The translations under genes were made by a program, and so were the position numbers. A stretch of DNA of 56,309 nt from a virus (Duplodnaviria; Caudoviricetes): the IMG/VR virus record IMGVR_UViG_3300031957_003334, positions 1 to 56,309 of that record; one strand, given 5' to 3'. This document shows positions 1-10,900 of the stretch, one piece after another; position 1 is the stretch's first letter, and every line of letters starts with the position of its first letter. A model generated the notes under the pieces. The model was not told the DNA's origin. It searched no databases and worked only from the letters and a program-made list of their open reading frames with translations.

Positions 1-562
1 CTCGGAACTCGTTAACATATTTGTCACGGTCGTCAATCAGAAGTCCTTGTTTTCCGTTCCAAACTCCGTAGGGTTTCTTGCTGTCAGACAAGTTGACTTT
101 TTCTAACGGGACACCCAGTTCCCGCTGGACCCAGATTTTCTTGCCGAGCTTGGAGCCCTCTGCCATCGGAGCCGACAAGATCTCCAACCCTGGGATGTCT
201 TTGATGTAATCCCACAGTTCTTTGCCGCCACGCTCCCAGCCGAGGTTAGCCCAGAGAGAAGCGTTGTCTTCAACCAGTCGGTACATAAAGTCTCGGATCC
301 GCTTGTTGCGTCCGAGGCTGCCTTCTTGGTCAGAGCGAGCGATGTGCCACCTGTTGATCTCTACGTCCCAGCCGCCAAGTTCTCTGGCTGCTGCTCGGGC
401 AAGTTTGTAGAGCTTGTAATCAGGGCTGCCAGAGCCTTTCAGGGCTTTGTACTTTTCCTGATTGTTCGCAATCTCTTGGAACTTCTCGTTCATATATTCT
501 AGAACACCGCCCTCAAAGTTGACGAGGACGCCATCCATATCGCTAAAGACTTGGTACTTCAT
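1..562 (-). CDS. HAD-superfamily 5'(3')-deoxyribonucleotidase-like protein (3' end runs off the window)
   Basis: Not in the ORF track; translated by hand from ATG at 562: MKYQVFSDMDGVLVNFEGG...EILSAP...K...GLLIDDRDKYVNEFR. Shows HAD motif I (DxDGV), motif II (S) and motif IV (DD). SD GGAGGT lies upstream. Confidence 0.8.
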   Translation of the reverse strand, partial: MKYQVFSDMDGVLVNFEGGVLEYMNEKFQEIANNQEKYKALKGSGSPDYKLYKLARAAARELGGWDVEINRWHIARSDQEGSLGRNKRIRDFMYRLVEDNASLWANLGWERGGKELWDYIKDIPGLEILSAPMAEGSKLGKKIWVQRELGVPLEKVNLSDSKKPYGVWNGKQGLLIDDRDKYVNEFR

Positions 563-584
563 AGGAGCACCTCCCTTCAACATC

Positions 585-612
585 ATAATACCACTAGTTT
601 TTACGAAGTCAA
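585..612 (-). promoter_or_regulatory. Sigma70-type promoter for the HAD gene
   Basis: Minus strand reads TTGACT-16 nt-TATTAT, with TGG directly before the -10 (extended -10), followed by a GGAGGT SD and the ATG. Confidence 0.6.
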
Positions 613-617
613 GAAGT

Positions 618-1055
618 TTATTTATCTTCTTTTGCGTCAAGATAGGCTGCTATAGCCATCTGTTGCTTTTTCTTTTTTGATTTGCCCTTGAACTGCGGGG
701 CATCGGAATCTTGAAAGTCTTTGACATAATCGCCTGCTGTGGCATTTTTGTCAAGTTTCTCTCCCATAACGTGGTCGTACTCAAGGTAGTGTTTGACTGC
801 GCCGATGTAGTCTGCTATCTTTGTCATCTTACTTTGAATCCAGGCTGGGAACTCATCATCATCGCTAATGTTATCAAATATCTCAGCGGCATACTGGGCT
901 GTTTTAAACATCTGGCGTTTTGCCATACTGCCCTCGTGGTCATCGTCGTCGTTATGATTAACGTTCATATCGATAGATTGCATGCTGTGATCGCCGCACA
1001 TTTCATCAATTTGTTCTTTAATCAGTAGGCGAATAATATCTTTCGAGATCTTCAT
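618..1055 (-). CDS. Hypothetical phage protein, possible internal head protein
   Basis: 145 aa. N-terminal MKISKDIIRLLIKEQIDE, then HEGSMAKRQ...PAWIQSK and DFQDSDAPQFKGKSK segments that I recall from T4-like/large phage hypothetical proteins. Confidence 0.55.
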   Translation of the reverse strand: MKISKDIIRLLIKEQIDEMCGDHSMQSIDMNVNHNDDDDHEGSMAKRQMFKTAQYAAEIFDNISDDDEFPAWIQSKMTKIADYIGAVKHYLEYDHVMGEKLDKNATAGDYVKDFQDSDAPQFKGKSKKKKQQMAIAAYLDAKEDK

Positions 1056-1067
1056 GCCTTATATAGT

Positions 1068-1703
1068 TTATTGATCACCAATGTAATCCATTTTTTCTAA
1101 AAATGGTTTGTCGTTTTTTACTTTGATTGCAAATTCGCCAAAGCGTGCTACAACAACAGCATCGGCTCGGTCGTCTACACCTGTGGCATAATTTTTGCCA
1201 CCACGATTAAATGACCATTCAAATTTGTCTCCCTCTTTCTCGACTACATTTTGTACAATAATCCTTTTTCTTTCCGGGGATTTTGCTCTGCGAGGAAAGG
1301 ATATACCGTAAGTTGACCTTGCTTTGCCGGCTGCAACCGGAATAGCCTTAACTTCCAACACATCATAACAAGCCCAACGAACCAGACCATTAAACATCGC
1401 TAATTGCAACAAAATTCTTATGTTACTATTCCTGGCATGGAATGTTCCCTTAACGTGCTCCTCGATATAGACATCAGTAATCTCATATTCAGATCTTATG
1501 GTTGACAATTCAGCCATAACCACTTCCATTTTAGATTCCATATCAGGATATTTTTTGGTATCAAGATCCCAATACTCAGTTAGCAAAAGTTCTCGTCGCT
1601 TTTTTGGAACAATAGAACCATTCACGTTTATAGGAGAATCTATCGGGTCGCTTAAAATAGCAACACCTATTTTAGTAGTTGAGACGTCTAATCCTAAGAT
1701 CAT
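1068..1703 (-). CDS. ruvC: RuvC-like Holliday junction resolvase
   Basis: N-terminal ILGLDVSTTKIGVA (catalytic D), VYIEE (catalytic E), C-terminal DDRADAVVVA (catalytic DxxD). Confidence 0.8.
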   Translation of the reverse strand: MILGLDVSTTKIGVAILSDPIDSPINVNGSIVPKKRRELLLTEYWDLDTKKYPDMESKMEVVMAELSTIRSEYEITDVYIEEHVKGTFHARNSNIRILLQLAMFNGLVRWACYDVLEVKAIPVAAGKARSTYGISFPRRAKSPERKRIIVQNVVEKEGDKFEWSFNRGGKNYATGVDDRADAVVVARFGEFAIKVKNDKPFLEKMDYIGDQ

Positions 1704-1714
1704 ATCTCATATTA

Positions 1715-2935
1715 TCACATATCTAGTTTTAGTTTAACAGTAAAAGAGTCAGATTCTTTTTTAAGCACTGGGTTGGCTAATTTTGCGATTGCTAACAGAT
1801 TACGCTCTTCATCAAAAATACCCACCTGATCAACAAAAACTTGTTTTTCAAATTTGTCCTCGTAGTCACAATACTGACTTTGTATAGTATTCTTTATAGG
1901 GCTTTCGGTTGGCTCTACATAACTTCCAGAGTTATAGCGAATATCACTTCTCCAATTCAAAACCGAAGAAGACACCCATGTTGGGTTTTGTGAATTGTTG
2001 TACAAGCCAGCGTCTAAATTTGTGAACATAGTCAGAACGGGTATTTTGTGGGTTCCCTTAAAAGATACAGAACCTAGGCTTGCCGTTGCATAGGAGCCAG
2101 CAGACCCTCCAACCACTGCATTTGAATATGCTCCAAAGAAAGTCCAATTGGCATTTTTTATAACGCCTGTACCTGTATAATCATCTTTTGCATATTCACC
2201 GGCTTGAGGTATTGTGACAGATGATGTTAATAAAATTATACCCTCATTATAGAGAACCATCCCTACGGTTGACCCGCTAGTGCCCCTCATAGTTGAAATT
2301 AGGCGTCCATCCTTGTTGGAGTCTTTTGCCTCATCTAGTAGAGACCCAGTGTAGTAAAATTTAAGACTAACAGATCCTTGGTGGATTTTGGAACCATACA
2401 TCACAGATGGAATCTGAATCATATTTACTGTACCTGTGTCAATCCAAGAACCAGAGTAATCGGGTGATAAAGGCATATTATAATAAAGAGTGTTCTTTAA
2501 GGCTAGCATTTTTTTACGAGTATTGAAGTAACTGTCTTGATCCGTGGTGAAGGTTGACATTGCTACAGGAGATATATATTCCCGACTAACAGTTGCACTT
2601 AAAGGCAGAGAACCAGTAAGCACATCCCCATAAGAAGCAGAATTAAACTCGCTTGTACTAATCGAAGAAAAAGATCGATAAGTTCCATCTTTTACCAAAA
2701 ATCGATAAATCAAAGAACCAGGGTGTTCAGCCGTGCCTGCTCGATCAACATTCATTTCAAACAAACTTATTGTTCCGCTGGGGATATTTACCCCCTGAAA
2801 TCTTCTGTTGTTTATTAATACGGTCGGATCAGCAACCCCCTGCTTACCAGGGTAGAGGAGGACCTCGTACTGAGGTCTTGTCTCCATTCTGTTTATTAGT
2901 TTGTCGTCAGGTCCGAACTTTCGGAGGTATGCCAT
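1715..2935 (-). CDS. Virion structural protein with C-terminal tail-collar (DUF3751 C-half-like) motif
   Basis: 406 aa, S/T/G-rich. C-terminus VDQVGIFDEERNLLAIAKLANPVLK. Paralogous to 2948..4084. SD GGAGGT. Confidence 0.6.
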   Translation of the reverse strand: MAYLRKFGPDDKLINRMETRPQYEVLLYPGKQGVADPTVLINNRRFQGVNIPSGTISLFEMNVDRAGTAEHPGSLIYRFLVKDGTYRSFSSISTSEFNSASYGDVLTGSLPLSATVSREYISPVAMSTFTTDQDSYFNTRKKMLALKNTLYYNMPLSPDYSGSWIDTGTVNMIQIPSVMYGSKIHQGSVSLKFYYTGSLLDEAKDSNKDGRLISTMRGTSGSTVGMVLYNEGIILLTSSVTIPQAGEYAKDDYTGTGVIKNANWTFFGAYSNAVVGGSAGSYATASLGSVSFKGTHKIPVLTMFTNLDAGLYNNSQNPTWVSSSVLNWRSDIRYNSGSYVEPTESPIKNTIQSQYCDYEDKFEKQVFVDQVGIFDEERNLLAIAKLANPVLKKESDSFTVKLKLDM

Positions 2936-2947
2936 AACGCACCTCCA

Positions 2948-4084
2948 CTAATAGTCTAATCTTACCCGCAAAGTGAACTCATTAGATGAAGTCTTCTTCA
3001 AAGGTTCGCTCAGTTTCGCAGAAGCCAACAATTCATTATCCGCCCCATAAAGACCAACCGTGGTAATATAAGAAATAGGCTGATCAGTTGCCACTTCTTT
3101 CACTCGGATTTGGCTAGCGGTGAGATAAGTAGGGTTACTGCTATAATTGAATTCTCCAGCATTAGCCCTACAGAAATAGATCGTAGAGTTCAGCTCTGTT
3201 GTATTTGCGAAATAAATATTGTGAATACGGTGACGCAAAGAATCAGCAGCGGTTTGGATAGAAGCACTAGCAAATAACCAATTAAAATTGTTGGCTGGTC
3301 CTTTTGTTCCGTAACTATTGGCAACATATCCTTTTTGGTTTACCGCCTGAGAAGCAGAGGGAGCAGTTAAATACCCATTCACACTGGATCCGGTCATAAA
3401 GAGGCTACTAGTAATTGCAACAACTCCTGCTTGATAATATATCAAACCACACACAGCCGTATTGTCCATGTTGATAACAGTAGAGGAGGCACTAGCATAC
3501 AAAAGACCATATTCTCCAGCCGGTGAATCTGTTCTATAAGTTGTTGACCCAGAAGCATCAACAACCCTGACCCTTCTCGAACTGAGGGTTGCATCAGTGA
3601 CATAGTTAGCCCCGACACCCACATCCATATAAAAGGTGCCTTTTTGTATTTCATCTTTGCCTAGCAAGCGAGCAAAGTTAATAAAATACAGGTCGGTCAT
3701 ATTCACGCCCGAAGAGGTTGAACCAGATAGCGGAAAAGGCTTGATTGTGCCGTCAGAGTTGTAGCCCACCAACTGTTGAGCCATATTATTATAAATTTGA
3801 AGTTTTTGTGGATCTTGAGTATTGGCAGCAACAGCATTAACGGAGGAAGTGTGATACCCATTGGTGATGTCAAAAATATGATTTGCCGAGGAGCTTAAAT
3901 AAGGGTAGTCAAAAACCATCTGGAACATACCGTGCGCTGGATTCTTAACGTTTGTTGGAGCCAATGCGTGAGAATAGGTTCCCGAAACAATCGTGCCTGT
4001 AACTGGGATTGCTTCGTGAAGGTTTGTCCTGTTCCGAACGATATCAGAACTAGGAGTTAGGGTTTTATAAGTCTGGTTTGCCAT
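2948..4084 (-). CDS. Virion structural protein with C-terminal tail-collar (DUF3751 C-half-like) motif
   Basis: 378 aa. C-terminus ITTVGLYGADNELLASAKLSEPLKK...FTLRVRLDY. Shares the N-x-S-x-NPT-aromatic and GxxxYxxG motifs with 1715..2935. Confidence 0.6.
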   Translation of the reverse strand: MANQTYKTLTPSSDIVRNRTNLHEAIPVTGTIVSGTYSHALAPTNVKNPAHGMFQMVFDYPYLSSSANHIFDITNGYHTSSVNAVAANTQDPQKLQIYNNMAQQLVGYNSDGTIKPFPLSGSTSSGVNMTDLYFINFARLLGKDEIQKGTFYMDVGVGANYVTDATLSSRRVRVVDASGSTTYRTDSPAGEYGLLYASASSTVINMDNTAVCGLIYYQAGVVAITSSLFMTGSSVNGYLTAPSASQAVNQKGYVANSYGTKGPANNFNWLFASASIQTAADSLRHRIHNIYFANTTELNSTIYFCRANAGEFNYSSNPTYLTASQIRVKEVATDQPISYITTVGLYGADNELLASAKLSEPLKKTSSNEFTLRVRLDY

Positions 4085-4087
4085 GTT

Positions 4088-5134
4088 TTAGATCTTCCTA
4101 ATAATTTGTAACGGTACAGTAACTCGATAGCCAGTGGTGTATCCTGTTACTCGGGCAACAGTGTCAATAGCATAGAAGTTAGCCCCAGTAACGCCATATG
4201 TTTGTCCTGTTGTTCTTCCAAGTTCTGTAAAGAGTCGAGTGCTTAATTGTATAGAATCTGACGATATCAACTTGAATCCAAACCTAGTTCCGTACTGTCC
4301 TGTGTTGGTGTTAGGATTACCCAAGACAGAATTCGAATCAGCTTCGCCATTGGGACCTAATTGATACGCTGGAAAAGCATTGTCTCCACCAGCAGTGGGG
4401 AAGAAGCCCTGGTCAGTATTTATCGACAAAAAGTAAGAGGCAATATTATCATCATCAATAAAGGCAGGAGATACAGGATTGCTGGACCCCATCGCTGGTA
4501 CTAGTTTCAAAAAGCGATTGTCTAGTTCTACCAAGTATTGAGTCTCTCTACGAGGATCGCCATCACGAAGCATAGCAGAAACAAGATCTGTGGAGTCAAG
4601 ACCTTGGTCAAACAAAAGAGGCGTTTGCGCCACTTGGACACCCGCCCCAACATAGCCGTCTTTTATCCCTAGTGCATTACCAGCATAAGGAGTATTAGCA
4701 GCAGCCAAAACAGAGGTTGCCGAACTTTTGTTAGCGGTTATAATATAGCCTCCATTTGGAGCATAAGAGCTTATGGTCGCATTGTCATTTGCCGTTCGTC
4801 TTCCGTCGCCTTTGTTGTTCAACTTGATAACAGGCAGATAAAGCCAGTCATTACGGCGATAACTCACAAGTTTAGAATTCATTGTGGAAGTATTATTTGT
4901 AAAAGCCTCTAAGATTGGCGTTTGAAGAATATTCAGATCATAATAGGCTGATCCCGAAGGGTGCCTGCCTGCACTGTTGTTATTATTCCGATAAAGAGCG
5001 TAATCAATTTCGTCATCACCAAGAGCAAATTTTACAATGCGAAAGCTCCCATCTCCTTGTGCTAGTCTCTTTCGTCCTTCGTCAGTAAGGACAGCATCTA
5101 GTATAATGTCGCCTGTGTTATCCAAAAAGGCCAT
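4088..5134 (-). CDS. Virion structural protein with N-terminal tail-collar (DUF3751 N-half-like) motif
   Basis: 348 aa. N-terminus DAVLTDEGRKRLAQGDGSFRIVKFALGDDEIDY. Confidence 0.6.
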   Translation of the reverse strand: MAFLDNTGDIILDAVLTDEGRKRLAQGDGSFRIVKFALGDDEIDYALYRNNNNSAGRHPSGSAYYDLNILQTPILEAFTNNTSTMNSKLVSYRRNDWLYLPVIKLNNKGDGRRTANDNATISSYAPNGGYIITANKSSATSVLAAANTPYAGNALGIKDGYVGAGVQVAQTPLLFDQGLDSTDLVSAMLRDGDPRRETQYLVELDNRFLKLVPAMGSSNPVSPAFIDDDNIASYFLSINTDQGFFPTAGGDNAFPAYQLGPNGEADSNSVLGNPNTNTGQYGTRFGFKLISSDSIQLSTRLFTELGRTTGQTYGVTGANFYAIDTVARVTGYTTGYRVTVPLQIIRKI

Positions 5135-5168
5135 TGTTAATTTCCCCTTATCTTGTTGATTGATTTCA

Positions 5169-5193
5169 TAAATATCGAATCATTTTTAATTAG
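5169..5193 (-). promoter_or_regulatory. Two putative late-promoter motifs (CTAATTA and ATATTTA)
   Basis: CTAATTA at 5193-5187 and ATATTTA at 5175-5169 in the AT-rich gap upstream of 4088..5134. The same TA[ACT]TTA core recurs in other intergenic gaps. Confidence 0.4.
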
Positions 5194-5239
5194 TGTTGTA
5201 AACCGTTATTTTTAAATTTTAATGTTACTTTGCTTTTCC

Positions 5240-7951
5240 TCAGGAGTCTGGTATTATATCCTTAGAAGTAAAGCTAAGGTTTATATCAAATTTTCTAGCC
5301 GTATCTAGCGAAGTAACTCGAACAACAAATTTATTGTCCAACACTTGTTCTTCTGCCAGTCCTTTTTGTCCAAGTTGACGCTCTTCGTCGGTTGGTGCGA
5401 ATAGTGGCTCATATACTTGTGTCTGTATATCAGAGGCTTTAACCTCAAGGAATCGAGCGAACTTCTTTTCTTTTTTAGTCTTTGGAACAATGGGCGGAGT
5501 AAACACATCAATTCTTGGTATATAAATTCCATCCCTATAAAGTAACTCTACTTCCCACACCAATGAGGGGTTCGAACGGTTGCCGTGAACATCTATTGCC
5601 CTGACTGTGTAATAGTACTTCTTGTTGGGCTCAAGCGTATCTCTAAAGTCAAACCCTAGTGCTCTCTCTTCTTCTGGGACGAGAGGGTTTCCAGAAGTAT
5701 CTAAGACTTTGTGAAGATGTCCGCCGAACAAGCGATAAAGATCCCTTGTGTTACCAAGTTCTGCCGGCAAATCATCTTCTTGTATTCGCCAGATTTCCAT
5801 CCTGCGGACCTCAGCACCACCTTCATCTGAAAACTCCATCTGCGGGTAAGCCAAACTATAATTTTCATATTGTTTTTGATGACGAATTATATCATTAATA
5901 CTAGTTGTGTCGCCAGAGGCTAGATCTTCGGGCTCAATAATATACCAAGGTCTCGCTCTGTCGCCCACAAAAGGAGATACTTCACCCCCACCAGACTGTA
6001 TATTTATCAAAACCTGCCGAGGATTATTTTGATATGGGTGAACCTGAAACGACGGTGGCATCGGTGGACGATCCTTAACCGCTATTGGTCGGTAGTTTAT
6101 TCCGTAAAGTTTAAGCCCTGCCTGTAGACTATTAAAGATTGGGTACTCAACTATTTTTGGGCACGGGGATGATTGTATGTTAACCACCGCCCCAATGGGC
6201 TCAAATTCAGTTTCTCCACGGGGTACAAGACTTAAATTTGTTTGATTTTCGTTAACCCTAAAACTAAACTTAGTTCCGTAAACTACAGCATATGCGTACA
6301 ATTCAAACGTATATTTTTTATTGTATTTTACTTGTGTATCAACATATTTGATAATATCTTCTTGACTTGTGTTTGGAAAATAGAAATTCTGAATAACGTT
6401 ACCTTTTGTTCCGTTTTCGGTAGTTTCGCACTTTGTAAGTTTGTATGCTATTGTTTCATGTTGACACATACTATTATCAAGATATTCTTGATAGGTTTTA
6501 CTATTAGTTTGTGCCATATTTTCAATCATATTTTCAATAGCCCTTAATCGGGCACGGTTTACAAAATCATCACACCCAAGTTGCTGATCTTGTTCAGGGT
6601 CACCCGACATAATGGCGGCGTCTACATCCTGTCGGACGCCAGCGAGCCACTGCTGGTAATCAATTATCTTTAAGTTTTCCGTATAAGAAACTTCAATAGG
6701 CTCGGATGATAGGAGGTCTCGGGCTCCAATACCAAACCAGATAAGTTCTGCTTCTTCGGGTTCTGAGCCAAGAGCATAATACATCCAAATGGGGTCGTCT
6801 TCTAACCAGTTTCTTAATCTCTGGTTGTTGAAACGAGTTCCAATCCCTTGAGTGGTCAAGCACATATCTTCATTAATCGACTGAGCGTTTGGGCTAAATA
6901 ATCCGTTTACAAAATTTACACTAGTGTTTGTACTCTCGATAGCCCTACCCAAATTTCCAATTGGCAAGGTGGGGAATCCCATTTCAATATACATTGGGAA
7001 GGCATTCTTGTGAAAATTAAATCGAGAATAAATATCCATTTCAGATGCCGGTGTTATTGAATTATAATACTCAGAGGCAAATTGGCTTGTCATATCAATC
7101 GAAGCATTTTGTGCATTTTGTGCATAATTTTGAAGCCAAGTTTGATCTCGCCAGCAAGCCTGGGGTCCATTGTCTACGCAAGAATAAGCAGGCAATATTG
7201 TCTCTTTAAACTCAGACAGTTTTATTAATCTGTCAAAACCTCGGAGGGTTTCATTGTCGGATTCTTGCCACCCAGGAGCACCAAGATCATTGTCACTAGC
7301 AAAACTATAGATATACATATTTGGCAGAACTGCCTCTGGTATATTTGAAGATGCCACTGCCTTTTCATATTCTGGCACATAAAAATTATACTCAGGGTTT
7401 ACAGTTCCAAATTCTAAAGTTGGTGTCAGGTCTCGTCCTAGTACTGCTTCTCGGGCTTCATATCCTAACATTGCCAAACTAGAAAAATAATCAGCAAGCC
7501 AAGGTACCTCTGTCTGAAAATTATAGGCTTCAAATTCTACTCCGTCTAAGGCACCGAGAGAACTCAAAAGATTAAACTCCATCTCGTTGGCATCTTGACA
7601 ATTTCTAAATTTCCAGCGTAGTCGAGCAGGTCCTTCTACAGGTATATCGTCTGTATCACGGGTTGCTCCCTCATGAGCATCTTCATAGGTCCAGTCGCCG
7701 CCGCCACGGAATCCTCTAGGTACAGGATTTCTTGCCTCTCCTTCAAAACCTGCCCAAGACCAATCTACGTTTATAGAATTAGGCACATCAACAAATTGTT
7801 CCTCGCTCACACGAAGATAAGGCGGCAGCACTCCTTGTGCTACAAAAGGGTTGCTAATTCCACGAAAAGAAAAATAATTAGAAATAGGGTCACGGGTACT
7901 TCGATTCCGAGATACTTTTAATGTTCGCCTAAAAGGTACTTGTCTTGGCAC
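5240..7951 (-). CDS. Large acidic structural protein with fibronectin type III-like segments
   Basis: 903 aa. YVDTQVKYNKKYTFELYAY and FRDTLEPNKKYYYTVRAIDVHGNRSNPS resemble FN3 C-terminal strands. GTG start, located in the tail module. Confidence 0.55.
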   Translation of the reverse strand: MPRQVPFRRTLKVSRNRSTRDPISNYFSFRGISNPFVAQGVLPPYLRVSEEQFVDVPNSINVDWSWAGFEGEARNPVPRGFRGGGDWTYEDAHEGATRDTDDIPVEGPARLRWKFRNCQDANEMEFNLLSSLGALDGVEFEAYNFQTEVPWLADYFSSLAMLGYEAREAVLGRDLTPTLEFGTVNPEYNFYVPEYEKAVASSNIPEAVLPNMYIYSFASDNDLGAPGWQESDNETLRGFDRLIKLSEFKETILPAYSCVDNGPQACWRDQTWLQNYAQNAQNASIDMTSQFASEYYNSITPASEMDIYSRFNFHKNAFPMYIEMGFPTLPIGNLGRAIESTNTSVNFVNGLFSPNAQSINEDMCLTTQGIGTRFNNQRLRNWLEDDPIWMYYALGSEPEEAELIWFGIGARDLLSSEPIEVSYTENLKIIDYQQWLAGVRQDVDAAIMSGDPEQDQQLGCDDFVNRARLRAIENMIENMAQTNSKTYQEYLDNSMCQHETIAYKLTKCETTENGTKGNVIQNFYFPNTSQEDIIKYVDTQVKYNKKYTFELYAYAVVYGTKFSFRVNENQTNLSLVPRGETEFEPIGAVVNIQSSPCPKIVEYPIFNSLQAGLKLYGINYRPIAVKDRPPMPPSFQVHPYQNNPRQVLINIQSGGGEVSPFVGDRARPWYIIEPEDLASGDTTSINDIIRHQKQYENYSLAYPQMEFSDEGGAEVRRMEIWRIQEDDLPAELGNTRDLYRLFGGHLHKVLDTSGNPLVPEEERALGFDFRDTLEPNKKYYYTVRAIDVHGNRSNPSLVWEVELLYRDGIYIPRIDVFTPPIVPKTKKEKKFARFLEVKASDIQTQVYEPLFAPTDEERQLGQKGLAEEQVLDNKFVVRVTSLDTARKFDINLSFTSKDIIPDS

Positions 7952-7969
7952 TATCTTTTCTCCATTATA

Positions 7970-7976
7970 TAAGTAT
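7970..7976 (-). promoter_or_regulatory. Putative late-promoter motif ATACTTA
   Basis: GATACTTATA upstream of the GGAG SD and GTG of 5240..7951. The identical 10-mer occurs upstream of 12198..13115. Confidence 0.45.
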
Positions 7977-7986
7977 CACATACTTT

Positions 7987-10900
7987 CTAATATGAACTTC
8001 CGCCAAATCTTAGCCCAACCCCAGGTCTCGAAATGGAAATGGGGAGATCTGGAGGTATAAAGACAGCTGGTGTAAAGTCTTGCCCTATGAGTCCCCCAAG
8101 GTTAGGGGGGCTTGTCTCAGGAGGCGGATTAATTTGTGGCTCTGGAAGGTCCTCAGGGTCTGGGCGGCGACGAGGTGGCTCTTGTTCATCAGCCGGCGCT
8201 GCCTGATCAGACGGTTGTAAAATAAAATATTCGTTATACACTGGTAACTCAAACATTTCGTTAGTCTCTAGTACATCAATTTGCTCGGATGGCTTAAATG
8301 GTGCTGGAGGCGGAGACCCCACTCCCTCAATTGTATCTTGATCTGGACTTGAGGCGTTCGGAATAACACTTCTTGGTAATGACCTGGCTATATCTTCCTG
8401 GGTTAAGGTTCGAACTCTACAGATTAATCCGCCGCTTTTTAGGCGAGACATCGCAGTTTCATCTAGGCGTCGCCACTCTGGCATACTGACTTTCGACTTT
8501 GAGATAAAACCATCTTTAAAATTGTTTGGAGCCGATCGATTTAGATTTTTAAAAGTCTCCAGATATTCAACAACACACAATTGCTTATAGTTCATCCAAA
8601 AGGTCAACATCTTAGCATAGACTTTCATCGGGTCCTTAGTTAAGGAATATACAGGATCATTAGGCATACCTGGCTCATAGTATGAAACTTTTTGATTTTC
8701 TTGTGAATCGTCTTGGTCAAGCAAAAGAATTCTTCGAGCCTCTATATTTGGCGTCAATTGAACAGGGTCTGGTGTAGTGGCACAAACCAACATAGATTTA
8801 AGTTGATTTGGAAGAGGATTCAAAGGACCATCTATAGAAGCAGCAACATTAGCAAAGTTAAGTCCAAAGTTGTCCCGTAATCTAACCATAGAATTAAGAG
8901 ACATTTGTTCATACACGGGACTGGCAGTCGCTGCTATTTCAGGATTCAGCTCTAGTTCTCCTAAAATTCCAAAAGTTAGTTTAAGAGGTGGCAAGCCTGG
9001 TGGTGGTGGCTTTTGTGGTGAATCAGGTCCTTGTGCGCCAAAAATCGACTCTAAGTTATTCAATGTTTGACTATTCAGTATACTTGTGGCTGTTGGGTTA
9101 TCATCAAGAATTCCACCTTCGATTGCTATCTGTGCAGAGTACGTAAATAGTTCTGATGAAATTTGTATAGTCGATCTGGGTTTTTTAGACAAAGATGGCT
9201 TAAGTTGTTCTATTTCATCTAAATATTCTCTCTCTTTGCCAAAAATTTGAACATCGCATTCGTGTTCAAGTCCGAGGGAATTTAATACAGATGCATAAGT
9301 CGGATTACCATCCTCAAAATCTTTTTCTCCCCTATAAAAAACCCGATTAAGATACTTCATCTTATACTTGTACTCTATGATATCTGCAAAGAGATCGGCA
9401 TATTCATTCACATTATACCCAGCAAATTGAGCATTTACTATGTAACTTGGCTGAACAATGGGTGAAGTTTGCTCTGACTTAGGATCATTGTCTATTGGCG
9501 AAGATCCCCTAAGGATAGTGTGGGGCGTAAAATAAGAATAACCTGACTTAAGATACGGCTCACTAAGTGCTACTTGAGAAATGTTCGCAAGATCTCCCTT
9601 CCCTGTGATAAAATACTTATTAAATTCTTCGACAATCCGACGTTTATAGTAGCCATGGGTTATGCGAGCGAGACCATATTTTCCATCGGAAGCCCCAGGC
9701 TCCTCTCCTCCAAACTGATTTCCTAACAAATAACTGTATCCGTATTTGTTTTTTATGCCGTAGGTAAAAGTCTCATTAAAATAATGCTTATGTCGCAACA
9801 AAATTAACTTACGCTGGCAAATGCCCGCTTGCTCAAGAGTTGATTTTGATTTTGTGTTATCAGCAGCATTTAAGTCATTGAAATAAGATGAAACTACCGT
9901 CTCTAGTGAAGAAGATAAAAGATCTACTGCTTTAGCGATTTCCAAAATAATCTGAGGGTTTAAGGTCGGAGCGGATATGGCTTCGTATAAACGCTGCTTT
10001 AACTCGTCGTAATTTGGAACAAGATTACCATCTGCATCCATCATAAGAAAACGACGTGTCATCTGCGCTTCATCAATAGTCTCGATAAAGTTAGGAGAAT
10101 TGTTTTGAAATTGGATTTGTAATTTTTCTAACAGTTCTACATAAACACATATCTGATCTTGAAGAATTTTTTCTACAGTAACTGAGCCTTCATATTCGAT
10201 AAAGTTTAGTTCATACGTACTTCTATTAGGATTATAGATAATACGGCTTAGTTCAATTTTTGTTTTTCCCGTTTCATAATCATACAGCCCTCGACCATCT
10301 TTCACTAAAGGAGGATAATTAGTCGTGCGAGGGGGAGAATTCACAATCATATCATAAATTCCGAGGATAATTTCTCGTGAATTTTCTATCACTTCATAGC
10401 ATTTTCTAAGATAAACAGGAGCGCCGTCTACAGCAACCACCTCAGCCCCATATTGATATTTTGCCACACTTTCTGGTAGAAGTTTGTCGCCAATTAAAGG
10501 TCGGTCTCCACTATATAATTCAGTAAAAAAATCGCTTCCTTCGTATGTGTATACACCATTCGTTGGTCCGGGTCCCACCGGAAGCCCTATATCTTCTCCC
10601 CAACTCAACAGTTTGGGAGCGTTGATAACATATTCGGGGTAATCCTCAGATGGACCAATGGTCTTTGAATTATTTAAACTTGGCAAATCATTTGAAACCG
10701 ACTGGGCAAGAAAAGATGTTTGGCGGCGGTAAATGTTCATGTCCATAATTTCAGTCTTGGTTTCAAGGTCTATATTTATAGGAACGTTTCTGAAGTGTAG
10801 ACGACCCTCTTCTATGAGATCACGAGCAGTAGAAACATCTCTATAAAGTTTTGGAAAATGGCTTCTTTGCGCCATATAATCTACCAGATCAAAATGAAAC

